Positions 17,228 to 26,004 of a stretch of 64,000 bases of DNA are shown here, piece by piece. A program made the translations under genes and the position numbers. Under the pieces are notes generated by a model that searched no databases, was not told the DNA's origin, and saw nothing but the letters and a program-made list of their open reading frames with translations. Position 1 is the first letter of the stretch, and each line of letters begins with the position of its first letter. Origin of the DNA: an uncultured Actinomycetota bacterium (lineage in GTDB: Bacteria; Actinomycetota; Actinomycetes; JAHEKZ01); the NCBI GenBank assembly GCA_963718235.1, contig CAVQYR010000001.1:1376001-1440000 (forward strand). Reading direction: 5' to 3'.

Positions 17228-17289
17228 TGGGCCGTCACGGGGCTGAGTATCGGCGAGGGTCGTCGGATCGACCAAGCGGTTATCGGGCG

Positions 17290-17964
17290 CTACCGTCCGG
17301 GCGCCTCGTCATCGTCCTGGTCGAGATGACGTGGGCCGCTGACCGTGTCGAGCATGCGGGCCAGTCGGTCACGAAAGCCACGCCTGGCGCTCGGTTCGGT
17401 GATCTCGCCGGCCGCCACGCTGACCAGGTGCTGCACGCTGTCGAAGGTGAGGATGTCGGAGAGCTCAGGGGTGACCAGACCCGACGGGTCGGTCGACTCC
17501 GACGGTGCGCCGGGCACGATCAGCGACTCGTGCGCCACGCTCTCGAGCTCTTGGTCGCCAGTGTCCAGCGCGAGCACCGTGGCGCCGGTCCTGCGGGCAT
17601 CCCACGCGCGCTGCAGCAAGCCCTCCGGTGCCCGCGTCTCGGCGACGACGAGCACGGTCTCGCCCCGTCGCGCCGCCTCCAGCCGCTGGAGCGTGACGGA
17701 CAGGTGAGGTGGGGCGTCGGCTGGGGGCTGGTAGCGCACCAGCGTCGGCTTGAGCTGGCCGATCCCGGTCAGCCGGGACTCGTCGTCCAGGTGGGCGGCC
17801 AGGTGCCACGGTTCCTCGTCGGGCGTGCCGACGAGCAGCAGGCCACCGGGGTCGTGGGTCGACGAACGCATCGTCCGGGCGAACCCCCGGGTGCGCTCGA
17901 CCCAGGACGTCGAGGCGAGCAGCTCGCGCAGGAGCAGTACCCGGCTGGCGTCCATGGTCGACAT
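17290..17964 (-). CDS. Conserved hypothetical protein, possibly SIS-like fold
   Basis: LLLVGTPDEEPWHLAAHLDDE...ARRGETVLVV...DARRTGATVLAL; high-GC coding pattern. Confidence 0.7.
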   Translation of the reverse strand: MSTMDASRVLLLRELLASTSWVERTRGFARTMRSSTHDPGGLLLVGTPDEEPWHLAAHLDDESRLTGIGQLKPTLVRYQPPADAPPHLSVTLQRLEAARRGETVLVVAETRAPEGLLQRAWDARRTGATVLALDTGDQELESVAHESLIVPGAPSESTDPSGLVTPELSDILTFDSVQHLVSVAAGEITEPSARRGFRDRLARMLDTVSGPRHLDQDDDEAPGR

Positions 17965-17998
17965 GGTGCCTCACGCCGGGGGCTGCCAGGATGCCGAC

Positions 17999-18712
17999 AT
18001 GACCTCCTCGCCTGAACCAGTCGCCCGGGCGCTGCCTGACGTCCGTGCCCTCACGATCGGAGTCCTCGGTGGGACCGGGGACCAGGGGCGTGGCCTGGCG
18101 CGGCGGATGGCGGCCTCGGGGCTGCGTGTCCTGCTCGGTTCCCGCGACCAGCAGCGCGCCGACGAGGCCGCGGCTGCTGCGGGGCCGGGCGTCGTGGGCC
18201 TGGTCAACGAGGAGGTCGCCCGGCGCAGCGATCTCGTGATCGTCGCGGTTCCATGGTCCGGTCATGCCGCCACCCTCGAGGCGCTGCGCGAGCACCTCGT
18301 GGGCACGATCGTGGTCGACTGCGTCAACCCGCTGGGGTTCGACGCGCAGGGGGCGTTCGCCCTGCCCGTGGCCGAGGGCAGCGCAGCGCAGCAGGCCGCC
18401 GCGCTGCTGCCGGACTCGACCGTGGTCGCCGCGTTCCACCACGTTTCCGCGGTGCAGCTCCTCGACGACGCGGTCGCCGACCTCGACTGCGACGTGCTCG
18501 TGCTCGGTGACGAGCGGTCGGCCACGGATGTCGTCGCGGCGCTCGCCGAGTCGATCCCGGGAGTACGAGGGATCTACGGTGGGCGGCTGCGCAACGCCCA
18601 CCAGGTGGAAGCGCTGACTGCGAACCTGATCTCGGTCAACCGGCGCTACAAGGCGCACGCGGGGGTCCGGATCACCGACCTCCACCCCGTCGCTCGGCCG
18701 GCATCGTCTTAG
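17999..18712 (+). CDS. npdG: NADPH-dependent F420 reductase
   Basis: IGVLGGTGDQGRGLA, LGSR, VDCVNPLGFD, EGSAA, AAFHHVSA and EALTANLISVNRRYK motifs. Confidence 0.92.
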   Translation: MTSSPEPVARALPDVRALTIGVLGGTGDQGRGLARRMAASGLRVLLGSRDQQRADEAAAAAGPGVVGLVNEEVARRSDLVIVAVPWSGHAATLEALREHLVGTIVVDCVNPLGFDAQGAFALPVAEGSAAQQAAALLPDSTVVAAFHHVSAVQLLDDAVADLDCDVLVLGDERSATDVVAALAESIPGVRGIYGGRLRNAHQVEALTANLISVNRRYKAHAGVRITDLHPVARPASS

Positions 18713-18737
18713 CCCACCGAACGGTTGGGCGTCGGGG

Positions 18738-19580
18738 TCACCCGTAGCTGTGGGCGTCGTCCGGGAACGAGCCGTCGACGACGTCATCGGCCCACGCACG
18801 TACGGCGTCGGTGATGACGGTGTGCACGTCGGAATAGCGGCGGACGAACGACGGTGCCTTGCCGGGGGTGAGCCCGACGAGGTCCTGCCAGACCATCACC
18901 TGGGCGTCACACCCCACCCCGGCACCGATGCCGACGGTGGGGATGGAGACCGACGCGGTCACCCGCTCGGCCAGCTCGCGGGGGACGACCTCGAGAACCA
19001 CGGCGAACGCGCCAGCGGCCTCGAGGGCCTTCGCGTCACGGATCAGCGCCTCGCCGGCCCCGCCCCGGCCCTGGACCCGGTAGCCGCCCAGCGTGTTCAC
19101 CGACTGCGGGGTCAGGCCCAGGTGTCCCATCACGGGGATGCCCGCTCCGACCAGCGCCTCGACCTGGGCCAGCACCCGTTGCCCACCCTCGAGCTTGACG
19201 GCGTGCGCACCACCCTCCTTCAGGAAGCGAGCCGCCTGGTGCAGAGCCTGCTCGACCGACCCCTGGTAGGACCCGAAGGGCATGTCGGCGACGACCAGCG
19301 CCCGCCGAGTGCCGCGGCTCACCGCGGCGACGAGGGGGACCAGCTCGGCCATCGTGACCGGGACGGTCGAGGAGTAGCCGTACACCACGTTGGCCGCGGA
19401 GTCGCCGACGAGGAGCACGGGGATGCCGGCGTCGTCGAACAGGCGCGCGGTCAAGGCGTCGTAGGCGGTGAGCATGGGCCAACGCTCGCCGCGCTCCTTG
19501 GCGAGCAGGAGGTCACGCACCGTGACCCGGGTCGGCCCGTGGTCGGCGCTTCCGTACAGCGGGCGTGGGGTGGGGGGCAT
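18738..19580 (-). CDS. panB: 3-methyl-2-oxobutanoate hydroxymethyltransferase
   Basis: [26 protein letters not shown] and GHLGLTPQS motifs. Confidence 0.96.
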   Translation of the reverse strand: MPPTPRPLYGSADHGPTRVTVRDLLLAKERGERWPMLTAYDALTARLFDDAGIPVLLVGDSAANVVYGYSSTVPVTMAELVPLVAAVSRGTRRALVVADMPFGSYQGSVEQALHQAARFLKEGGAHAVKLEGGQRVLAQVEALVGAGIPVMGHLGLTPQSVNTLGGYRVQGRGGAGEALIRDAKALEAAGAFAVVLEVVPRELAERVTASVSIPTVGIGAGVGCDAQVMVWQDLVGLTPGKAPSFVRRYSDVHTVITDAVRAWADDVVDGSFPDDAHSYG

Positions 19581-19709
19581 GGCCGCACCTTTCCTGCCTC
19601 GAGGCCCTAGGGGTCCCCGGACTCGCTGGGCTCCCGGCCGGGAGCCCAGACCCGTCCATGGTCTCACCCGTGGCCCGCCCCGCCAAGCACCCGGCTCGCC
19701 GCTCTTTCC

Positions 19710-19735
19710 GATACGGAACGGTTGCGTTTCGTATC
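19710..19735. promoter_or_regulatory. TetR-type operator
   Basis: GATACGGAACG-GTTG-CGTTTCGTATC, 10/11-bp inverted repeat upstream of the MFS-TetR operon. Confidence 0.7.
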
Positions 19736-19797
19736 AAGTCCGCCTACCGTGACCGGGTCGCGCGACCGACGGCGACCCGACGAGAAGGTGGACGACC

Positions 19798-21393
19798 ATG
19801 GACGAGCAGACCGTCTTCGAGCGACGGTGGCGGATCCTGGCCATCCTCGTGGTCAGCCTGCTCGTGGTCGTGCTCGACAACACGATCATGAACGTGGCCC
19901 TGCCGACGATCCAGAACGACCTGGACGCGAGCCAGAGCCAGCTGATCTGGGCGGTCGACTCCTACGTCCTGGTCTTCGCGTCGCTGCTGTTCACCTGGGG
20001 CGTCATGGGCGACCGGTACGGCCGGCGGCGGATCCTGGTCATCGGTCTGGTCCTGTTCGGTCTGGCCTCGGCCCTCAGCGCGTACTCCGGCTCGATCGAG
20101 CAGCTCATCGCCTTCCGGGCGCTGATGGGGATCGGCGGGGCCGCAGTGCTCCCGGTCACCCTCGCGATCATCACCAACGTGTTCCCCCCGAACGAGCGTG
20201 GACGCGCCATCGGCGTGTGGGCCGGGGCCGTCGGGGTCGCCGTGGCGATCGGACCGATCACCGGTGGCTTCCTGCTCGAGCACTTCTGGTGGGGCTCGGT
20301 CTTCCTGATCAACGTCCCCGTCGTCATCGTCGGCGTCGCGGGCATCCTGTGGCTCGTGCCCGAGTCGCGCGGCGGCACCCAGACCCGCCTGGACCCCGCC
20401 GGCGTGCTGTTGTCGATCGTCGGCCTGATGCTCCTGGTCTACGGCATCGTGCGTGGCGGCGAGACCCGCGACTGGACGAGCGTGGGCGTGTGGGGCACGA
20501 TCGCCGCCGGGCTGGCTGTGCTCGCCCTGTTCCTCTTCCTCGAGCTGCGTTCGGACCACCCGTCGCTGGACATCCACCTGTTCGGCAACCGGGAGTTCTC
20601 GGTCACCTTGGCCAGTGTGACCCTGGCCTTCTTCGGTCTCATGGGCGCGACGTTCTTCCTCGTCTTCTACCTGCAGACCGTACGCGGGCTGTCACCGTTC
20701 CAGGCCGGGCTGGCCCTGCTGCCACTGGCGCTGGGGCAGGTGGTCTCGGCGACGCGCAGCGCCACGGCGGCCAAGCGCTTTGGTCCCCGTGTGGTCATCG
20801 GCACCGGGCTGACCCTGGTCGGGATCGTGTTCTCGACCATGCTCCTCGTGCAGGCGGACACGCCGATGTGGATCATCCTGCTGCTGTACCTGGGGATCGG
20901 GCTCGGCATGGGAAGCGCTATCGCCCCGGCCACCACCGTGATGATGTCGACGTTGCCGCTGACCCGCGCCGGAGCGGGGTCCGCCGTGCAGAACACCGTG
21001 CGCCAGGTGGGTGGGGCGCTGGGTGTGGCCATCCTGGGCACCGTGATCGGCGTGGTCTACGGCCACAACTTCGACACCCTCGTTCCAGATCTGCCGACGC
21101 AGGCACAGGCAGCCAGCAACTCCGTCGAGCAGGCGTACGCCGTCGCCGAGAAGGGGCTCGTCCAGGGGCTGGTCACGCCGGCCCAGGCCGACGCGCTGCT
21201 GACCGCGGCCAACTCCGCGTTCATCAGCGCCATGCACGTGGCGACACTCATCACGGCTGCCGCAGCGTTCATCGGGGCTGCGACGGCGTTCCTGGGGCTT
21301 CCGCACAAGTCGGCGGCGGCGGCCATCCAGCGCGAGCGTCAGGAGCAGTTCGAGACGCACGCCGAGACGGTCGCGGAGGCCGAGCAGTCGTGA
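19798..21393 (+). CDS. DHA2 (EmrB/QacA) MFS efflux pump
   Basis: LDNTIMNVALP, GDRYGRRR, WWGSVFLINVP; 14 TM segments. Confidence 0.92.
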   Translation: MDEQTVFERRWRILAILVVSLLVVVLDNTIMNVALPTIQNDLDASQSQLIWAVDSYVLVFASLLFTWGVMGDRYGRRRILVIGLVLFGLASALSAYSGSIEQLIAFRALMGIGGAAVLPVTLAIITNVFPPNERGRAIGVWAGAVGVAVAIGPITGGFLLEHFWWGSVFLINVPVVIVGVAGILWLVPESRGGTQTRLDPAGVLLSIVGLMLLVYGIVRGGETRDWTSVGVWGTIAAGLAVLALFLFLELRSDHPSLDIHLFGNREFSVTLASVTLAFFGLMGATFFLVFYLQTVRGLSPFQAGLALLPLALGQVVSATRSATAAKRFGPRVVIGTGLTLVGIVFSTMLLVQADTPMWIILLLYLGIGLGMGSAIAPATTVMMSTLPLTRAGAGSAVQNTVRQVGGALGVAILGTVIGVVYGHNFDTLVPDLPTQAQAASNSVEQAYAVAEKGLVQGLVTPAQADALLTAANSAFISAMHVATLITAAAAFIGAATAFLGLPHKSAAAAIQRERQEQFETHAETVAEAEQS

Positions 21394-22013
21394 CGACGAC
21401 ACCCGTGCGACGCGGACGACCGCGCAGCGCGCAGGCGGACACGGCCATCGTCGACGCCGTCCTCGAGCTGATCACCGAGCAGGGGCTCGGGTCACTCACC
21501 GTCGAGTCGGTGGCGGCCCGCGCCGGCGTTGGCAAAGCGACGCTCTACCGGCGCTGGCCCAACAAGGACGCCCTGGTGCTCGACGCGCTGGCCCATCTCA
21601 ACGATGCGCTGCCACCGGTCCTGGGTGACACCCTGCGCGAACGGCTGGTGTCGCTGCTGACGCCGATGCGCTGCCGACCACAGGCGGCGCGATCGATGCG
21701 GCTGATCCCTCGGGTGCTCAGCCACCGCGAGGGCAGCCCCGAGCTGTACGAGTGCTTCTTCGAGCAGGTGATCGCCCCGCGACGGGAGCGCTTCCTGGTC
21801 GAGCTGAGGGCTGCGGCCGAGGCTGGAGAGATCCGGGCCGACGTCGACCTCGAGCTGGCGGTCAACGCCCTGGTGGGGCCGGTGCTCTACCAGTCCCTGG
21901 TGATCCCCGACGGCCACCCGGCCGCGACCCAGCGGCCCGAAGCGCTCGTCGACCTGGTGCTCAGCGGGCTTTCGCCGATCGCTTCGGCGGCGGAACCGCC
22001 GCCAGCGCGTTGA
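21390..22013 (+). CDS. TetR/AcrR family regulator
   Basis: RRGRPRS...LTVESVAARAGVGKATLYRRWPNKDAL; GTGA overlap with the pump gene. Confidence 0.9.
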   Translation: MTTTPVRRGRPRSAQADTAIVDAVLELITEQGLGSLTVESVAARAGVGKATLYRRWPNKDALVLDALAHLNDALPPVLGDTLRERLVSLLTPMRCRPQAARSMRLIPRVLSHREGSPELYECFFEQVIAPRRERFLVELRAAAEAGEIRADVDLELAVNALVGPVLYQSLVIPDGHPAATQRPEALVDLVLSGLSPIASAAEPPPAR

Positions 22014-23352
22014 CGAACGCCTCTCGCCAGTCGGTGATGCTCCACTCCCGAAGCCGTTCCATGGCGTCGTCCCAGCGACGGCGGCGCTCACGCAGGGTCA
22101 TCCCTACGGCCCGGTGCATGGCATCGGCCACGCTCTCCAGGTCGTGCGGGTTGACCACCAGTGCACTGGTCAGCTCACGGGCCGCGCCCGCGAACTGCGA
22201 CAGCAGCAGCACGCCGGGGTCCTCGGGGTCCTGTGCGGCGATGTACTCCTTGGCCACGAGGTTCATGCCGTCCCGCAGAGGGGTGACCAGTCCGACCCGG
22301 GCCACCCGGTAGAACCCGGCCAGGGTCGACTGTGGGTAGGTCCGGTTGACGTACCGCAGCGGCACCCAGTCGGCCTCGGAGAACCGGCCGTTGACGCCGC
22401 CCGCCTGGCGCTCCAGCTCGCTGCGGATCATCCGGTACTCGGGGACCTCGCCGCGAGAGGCCGGTGCGATCTGCAGGTACGCGACCTGCCGCCGGTGCTC
22501 GGGGTAGCGGTCGAGGAAGCGGCTGAACGACATGAAGCGGTCGTTGAGGCCCTTGGAGTAGTCGAGCCGGTCGACGCCGATCATCATCCAGCGCCCCAGC
22601 AGGCTCTCCCGCAGGCGCCGCACGGTGGGCTGGGTGATCGCTCGCGCGGCCTGCCCGGCCACGAGGTCGGCGTCGATCGAGATCGGAAGGCACATCACCC
22701 GGGTGTCGTGCCCGGCCACCGTGACGACGTCGGTGCCCAGCACCTTGGCCCCTGCCACGTCGCGCATGTAGTCGGTGAAGGCCTGGGTGTCCGACGGGGT
22801 CTGGAAGCCCACCAGGTCGTAGTCGGTCATCGAGTCCATCAGGGCGCGCGCGCCAGGCAGCGCGGACAACAGGTCCGGCGGGGGGAGCGGGGTGTGCAGG
22901 AAGAAGCCGATCCGGGCGCGCACCCCCTCCTCGCGCAGCAGCGCGGCGAGCGGCATCAGGTGGTAGTCGTGCACCCAGACCAGGTCGTCGTCCTGGAGCA
23001 GGGGCGCCACCATCCGGGCGAACATCCGGTTGACCCGCTGGTAGGCGCGGTAGGTGTCCCGTCGGTAGTCGACCAGGTCGAGCCGGAAGTGCAGCAGGGG
23101 CCACAGCGTGCGGTTGGCGAACCCGTTGTAGTACTCGTCGTAGTCGTCCTTCGGCAGGTCGAAGGTGACGTACGTGATCGGGCCCTCGACCTGGGTGCGC
23201 GGAGGTCCGGGTGGGTCCGACGTACGCCCGCTCCAGCCGAACCAGACCCCGCCGTGGTCGGCCAGGGCGGCCAGCACTGCGGGGGCGAGACCGCCGGCCC
23301 GGGTCTCGCGGGGCAGCGCGACCCGGTTGGAGACCACCACCAGCCGACTCAT
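21961..23352 (-). CDS. otsA: Trehalose-6-phosphate synthase
   Basis: LVVVSNR, GGLA, WVHDYHL, GFFLHTP, GVDRLDYSKG and RDGMNLVAKEY motifs. Confidence 0.95.
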   Translation of the reverse strand: MSRLVVVSNRVALPRETRAGGLAPAVLAALADHGGVWFGWSGRTSDPPGPPRTQVEGPITYVTFDLPKDDYDEYYNGFANRTLWPLLHFRLDLVDYRRDTYRAYQRVNRMFARMVAPLLQDDDLVWVHDYHLMPLAALLREEGVRARIGFFLHTPLPPPDLLSALPGARALMDSMTDYDLVGFQTPSDTQAFTDYMRDVAGAKVLGTDVVTVAGHDTRVMCLPISIDADLVAGQAARAITQPTVRRLRESLLGRWMMIGVDRLDYSKGLNDRFMSFSRFLDRYPEHRRQVAYLQIAPASRGEVPEYRMIRSELERQAGGVNGRFSEADWVPLRYVNRTYPQSTLAGFYRVARVGLVTPLRDGMNLVAKEYIAAQDPEDPGVLLLSQFAGAARELTSALVVNPHDLESVADAMHRAVGMTLRERRRRWDDAMERLREWSITDWREAFVNALAAVPPPKRSAKAR

Positions 23353-23418
23353 CGTGCGCCCCGACCTCTCGACGACCTGCTCCTCGACCCTATCCCGCCC
23401 CGCCTCGGGCGGGCGGGG

Positions 23419-25230
23419 TCACGAGGCGGACTCCCACGGCTGGGACAGGCGCATGGCCGAGTGGATGATCCCGACCATGGAGTAGGTCTGCGGGAAGTTC
23501 CCCCAGGCCTCCCCGCTGCGCGTGTCGAGGTCCTCCGACATCAGCCCGAGGCTGTTCCGGTGCGCGAGCATGCTCTCGAACAGCTCGCGGGCCTCCGTCC
23601 GACGCCCGACCCTGGCCAGTGCGTCGATGTACCAGAAGGTGGCCAGGTTGAAGGCCGTGTGCGGAGTGCCGAAGTCGTCCTCGTCGACGTACCGGAAGAC
23701 ATGGTCACCGTGGCGCAGGTTCTTCTCGACCGCGTCCAGCGTGCCGAGGAACCGGGGGTCGTCGGCGGCGATGAAGCCGAGGTCGGGCAGCACCAGCGTC
23801 GAGGCGTCGTAGCGGGTCCCGCCCCAGGTCTCCATGAACGAGTTGCGCTCGGTGTCGAACGCCTCGTGCAGGATCCGTTCCCGGATCTCGTCGGCGCGCG
23901 CTCGCCAGCGGGCCGCCCGGTCGTCCAGGTTTCCCCGCGCCGCGATCCGGGCCAGCCGGTCGCAGGCCACCCAGCACATGACGCTGCTGTAGGTGTGCAC
24001 GCCCTGGCGCCCCCGGAACTCCCACAGCCCCGCATCTGGCTCGCTGTACACCCGGTAGGCGACGTCGCCGGCGCGCTCGAGCTGCTCGTAGGTGTCCGGT
24101 CCGCCGGGGGTGTTCAGCCGCTGGTCGAAGAAGAGGTGGGTCGAGGCCAGGACGACGCTGCCGTAGACGTCGTTCTGACGCTGCATCCAGGCCAGGTTGC
24201 CGTCACGCACCGGGCCCATCGCGCGGTACCCCGACAACGAGGTCACCTCGCGTTCGGCAAGGTCCTGCTCGAAGTGGATGCCGTACACGGGCTGCAGGTC
24301 GTCGATGCCCGAGGCGAGGGTGTAGATGTAGGTGAGGAAGTTCTCCATGCTGGACGTCGCCCCGAGCTGGTTCAGGGCGCGGACCACGAACGCGGCATCC
24401 CGCAACCAGCAGAAGCGGTAGTCCCAGTTCCGGCCCGTGTCCGCGGCCTCGGGGATCGACGTCGTCATCGCGGCGATGATGGCTCCGGTGGCCTCGTACT
24501 GGCACAGCTTCAGCGTGATCGCAGCCCGGATCACCGCGTCCTGCCACTCGAACGGGATGGACAGCGAACGCGACCACGACGTCCAGTGCTCGATGGTGCG
24601 CTCGAGGCTGTCTGCGGTGAACGCCTCGACCGACGTGGTCAGAGTCTCGTCCGGCCCGAAGATCAGGGACACCTCACGATCGAGGACGAGCGGGAGCTCG
24701 CGCTGGACGTAGGGGATGGCCACGTTCGTGGTCAGCCGAAGTGTGTGGTCGTGCAGCAGCCATCGCAGGTGGTTGCTGCCGCTCGTGGTCTCCGGGACCG
24801 CCGCACCCCAGTCGCGCAGCGGGCGCGCCTTGATGTGCAGCCGGGGGTTGCCGCGCACCGGACGGAGCCTTCGGACGAGCATCACGGGGTGGTAGAGGCG
24901 GTCCCAGCGCTTGAAGCGGGGGGCGAAGTCGGTGATCTCCACCGCACTGCCGTCGTCGGACTCCAGGGTGGTGACCAGCACAGGGGTGTTGCCGAGGTAC
25001 TCCTGCGACGACGAGACCATCCCCTCGATCTCCACGGCGAGGTACCCACCGTCGAGCTCGTTGGGCTCGAGCAGTGAGCAGAAGGCGGGGTCGCCCGCCA
25101 GGTGCGGCAGGCACCCCCAGACGACCCGCCCGGTCGCGTCGACCAGTGCGCTGACCGTGCCGTTGCCGACGAGTCCGAGATCGAGGGTCCGGCTCGGCCC
25201 CGAAGCCCCCTCCGTTGGCGCACCAGTCAT
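23419..25230 (-). CDS. Glycoside hydrolase family 15 (trehalase/glucoamylase-like)
   Basis: AAMTTSIPE, RNWDYRFCWLRD, QNDVYG, DAGLWEFR and GNFPQTYS motifs. Confidence 0.92.
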   Translation of the reverse strand: MTGAPTEGASGPSRTLDLGLVGNGTVSALVDATGRVVWGCLPHLAGDPAFCSLLEPNELDGGYLAVEIEGMVSSSQEYLGNTPVLVTTLESDDGSAVEITDFAPRFKRWDRLYHPVMLVRRLRPVRGNPRLHIKARPLRDWGAAVPETTSGSNHLRWLLHDHTLRLTTNVAIPYVQRELPLVLDREVSLIFGPDETLTTSVEAFTADSLERTIEHWTSWSRSLSIPFEWQDAVIRAAITLKLCQYEATGAIIAAMTTSIPEAADTGRNWDYRFCWLRDAAFVVRALNQLGATSSMENFLTYIYTLASGIDDLQPVYGIHFEQDLAEREVTSLSGYRAMGPVRDGNLAWMQRQNDVYGSVVLASTHLFFDQRLNTPGGPDTYEQLERAGDVAYRVYSEPDAGLWEFRGRQGVHTYSSVMCWVACDRLARIAARGNLDDRAARWRARADEIRERILHEAFDTERNSFMETWGGTRYDASTLVLPDLGFIAADDPRFLGTLDAVEKNLRHGDHVFRYVDEDDFGTPHTAFNLATFWYIDALARVGRRTEARELFESMLAHRNSLGLMSEDLDTRSGEAWGNFPQTYSMVGIIHSAMRLSQPWESAS

Positions 25231-26004
25231 GTACGGACCTCCTCGACGAGTTCGGCCAGCCAGCCTCGCACGGCGGCCGGGTCGACAAGGCGGCAGGTCG
25301 CGGCCGTGTCGCGGCGGCCCCCGACCAGAACGGCGACGCCACCCAGAGCCACTACCGCCTCGAAGGCGTGCTCGTCGGTGAGGTCATCGCCGACGACGAT
25401 CGGACGGCGTCCGGTGAAGGGCCCCTCGGCCATGAGCTCGCGTACCGCGGCGCCCTTGTCCCACCCCGCGGGGCGGACCTCCTGGACCAGCACGCCCGCC
25501 TGGGCCTCGAACGTCCCGTTGCTGGAGGCGACGAGTCGGTCGACCGCAGCCTTCAGGTCCCGCGCGGCGTCGGGGGCGTCGCGGTGGTGCAGGGCGACCC
25601 CGACCTCCTTGTCCTCGACCCACACCCCGGGAAGCTGCTGCGCGACGGCGGCGGCACCGGCCCGCAGGCGCGGCGAGCCGGGCCGGGTCGGGCTGGTGGT
25701 CACGCAGTCCGGAGGGTCCGCGGACCTGCACCCCGTGCACGCCGGCGGCGAACGGCTGCCAGGGGGCGAAGATCCGGTCGAGGTCGGCCAGCGGTCGCCC
25801 GGAGATCAGCGCGAGGGCGCCGTCCAACCGCTCCGCGACCGCGGTCAGCAGCATCACGAGCCCGGTCGTGGCCCTCACGTGCTCGGGCCGGGACTCGAAC
25901 TCCACCAGGGTGCCGTCGACGTCGAGGAACAGCGCTGAGGGCTGTCGCGCCAGCAGGCTCCACGGCTCGGCAGCGGGCAGCCCTGTGGGGTCGTGGTCAG
26001 CCAT
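25227..26004 (-). pseudogene. otsB: Trehalose-6-phosphate phosphatase with a +1 frameshift near 25668
   Basis: LFLDVDGTL, ISGR and AGVHG in one frame; VEDK..LHHR, DKGAAV and GDDLTDE in another. Confidence 0.85.

Noticed and set aside
22114-25077. 987-aa plus-strand ORF
   Set aside because: Antisense shadow of otsA and GH15 caused by high-GC codon bias; no motifs.
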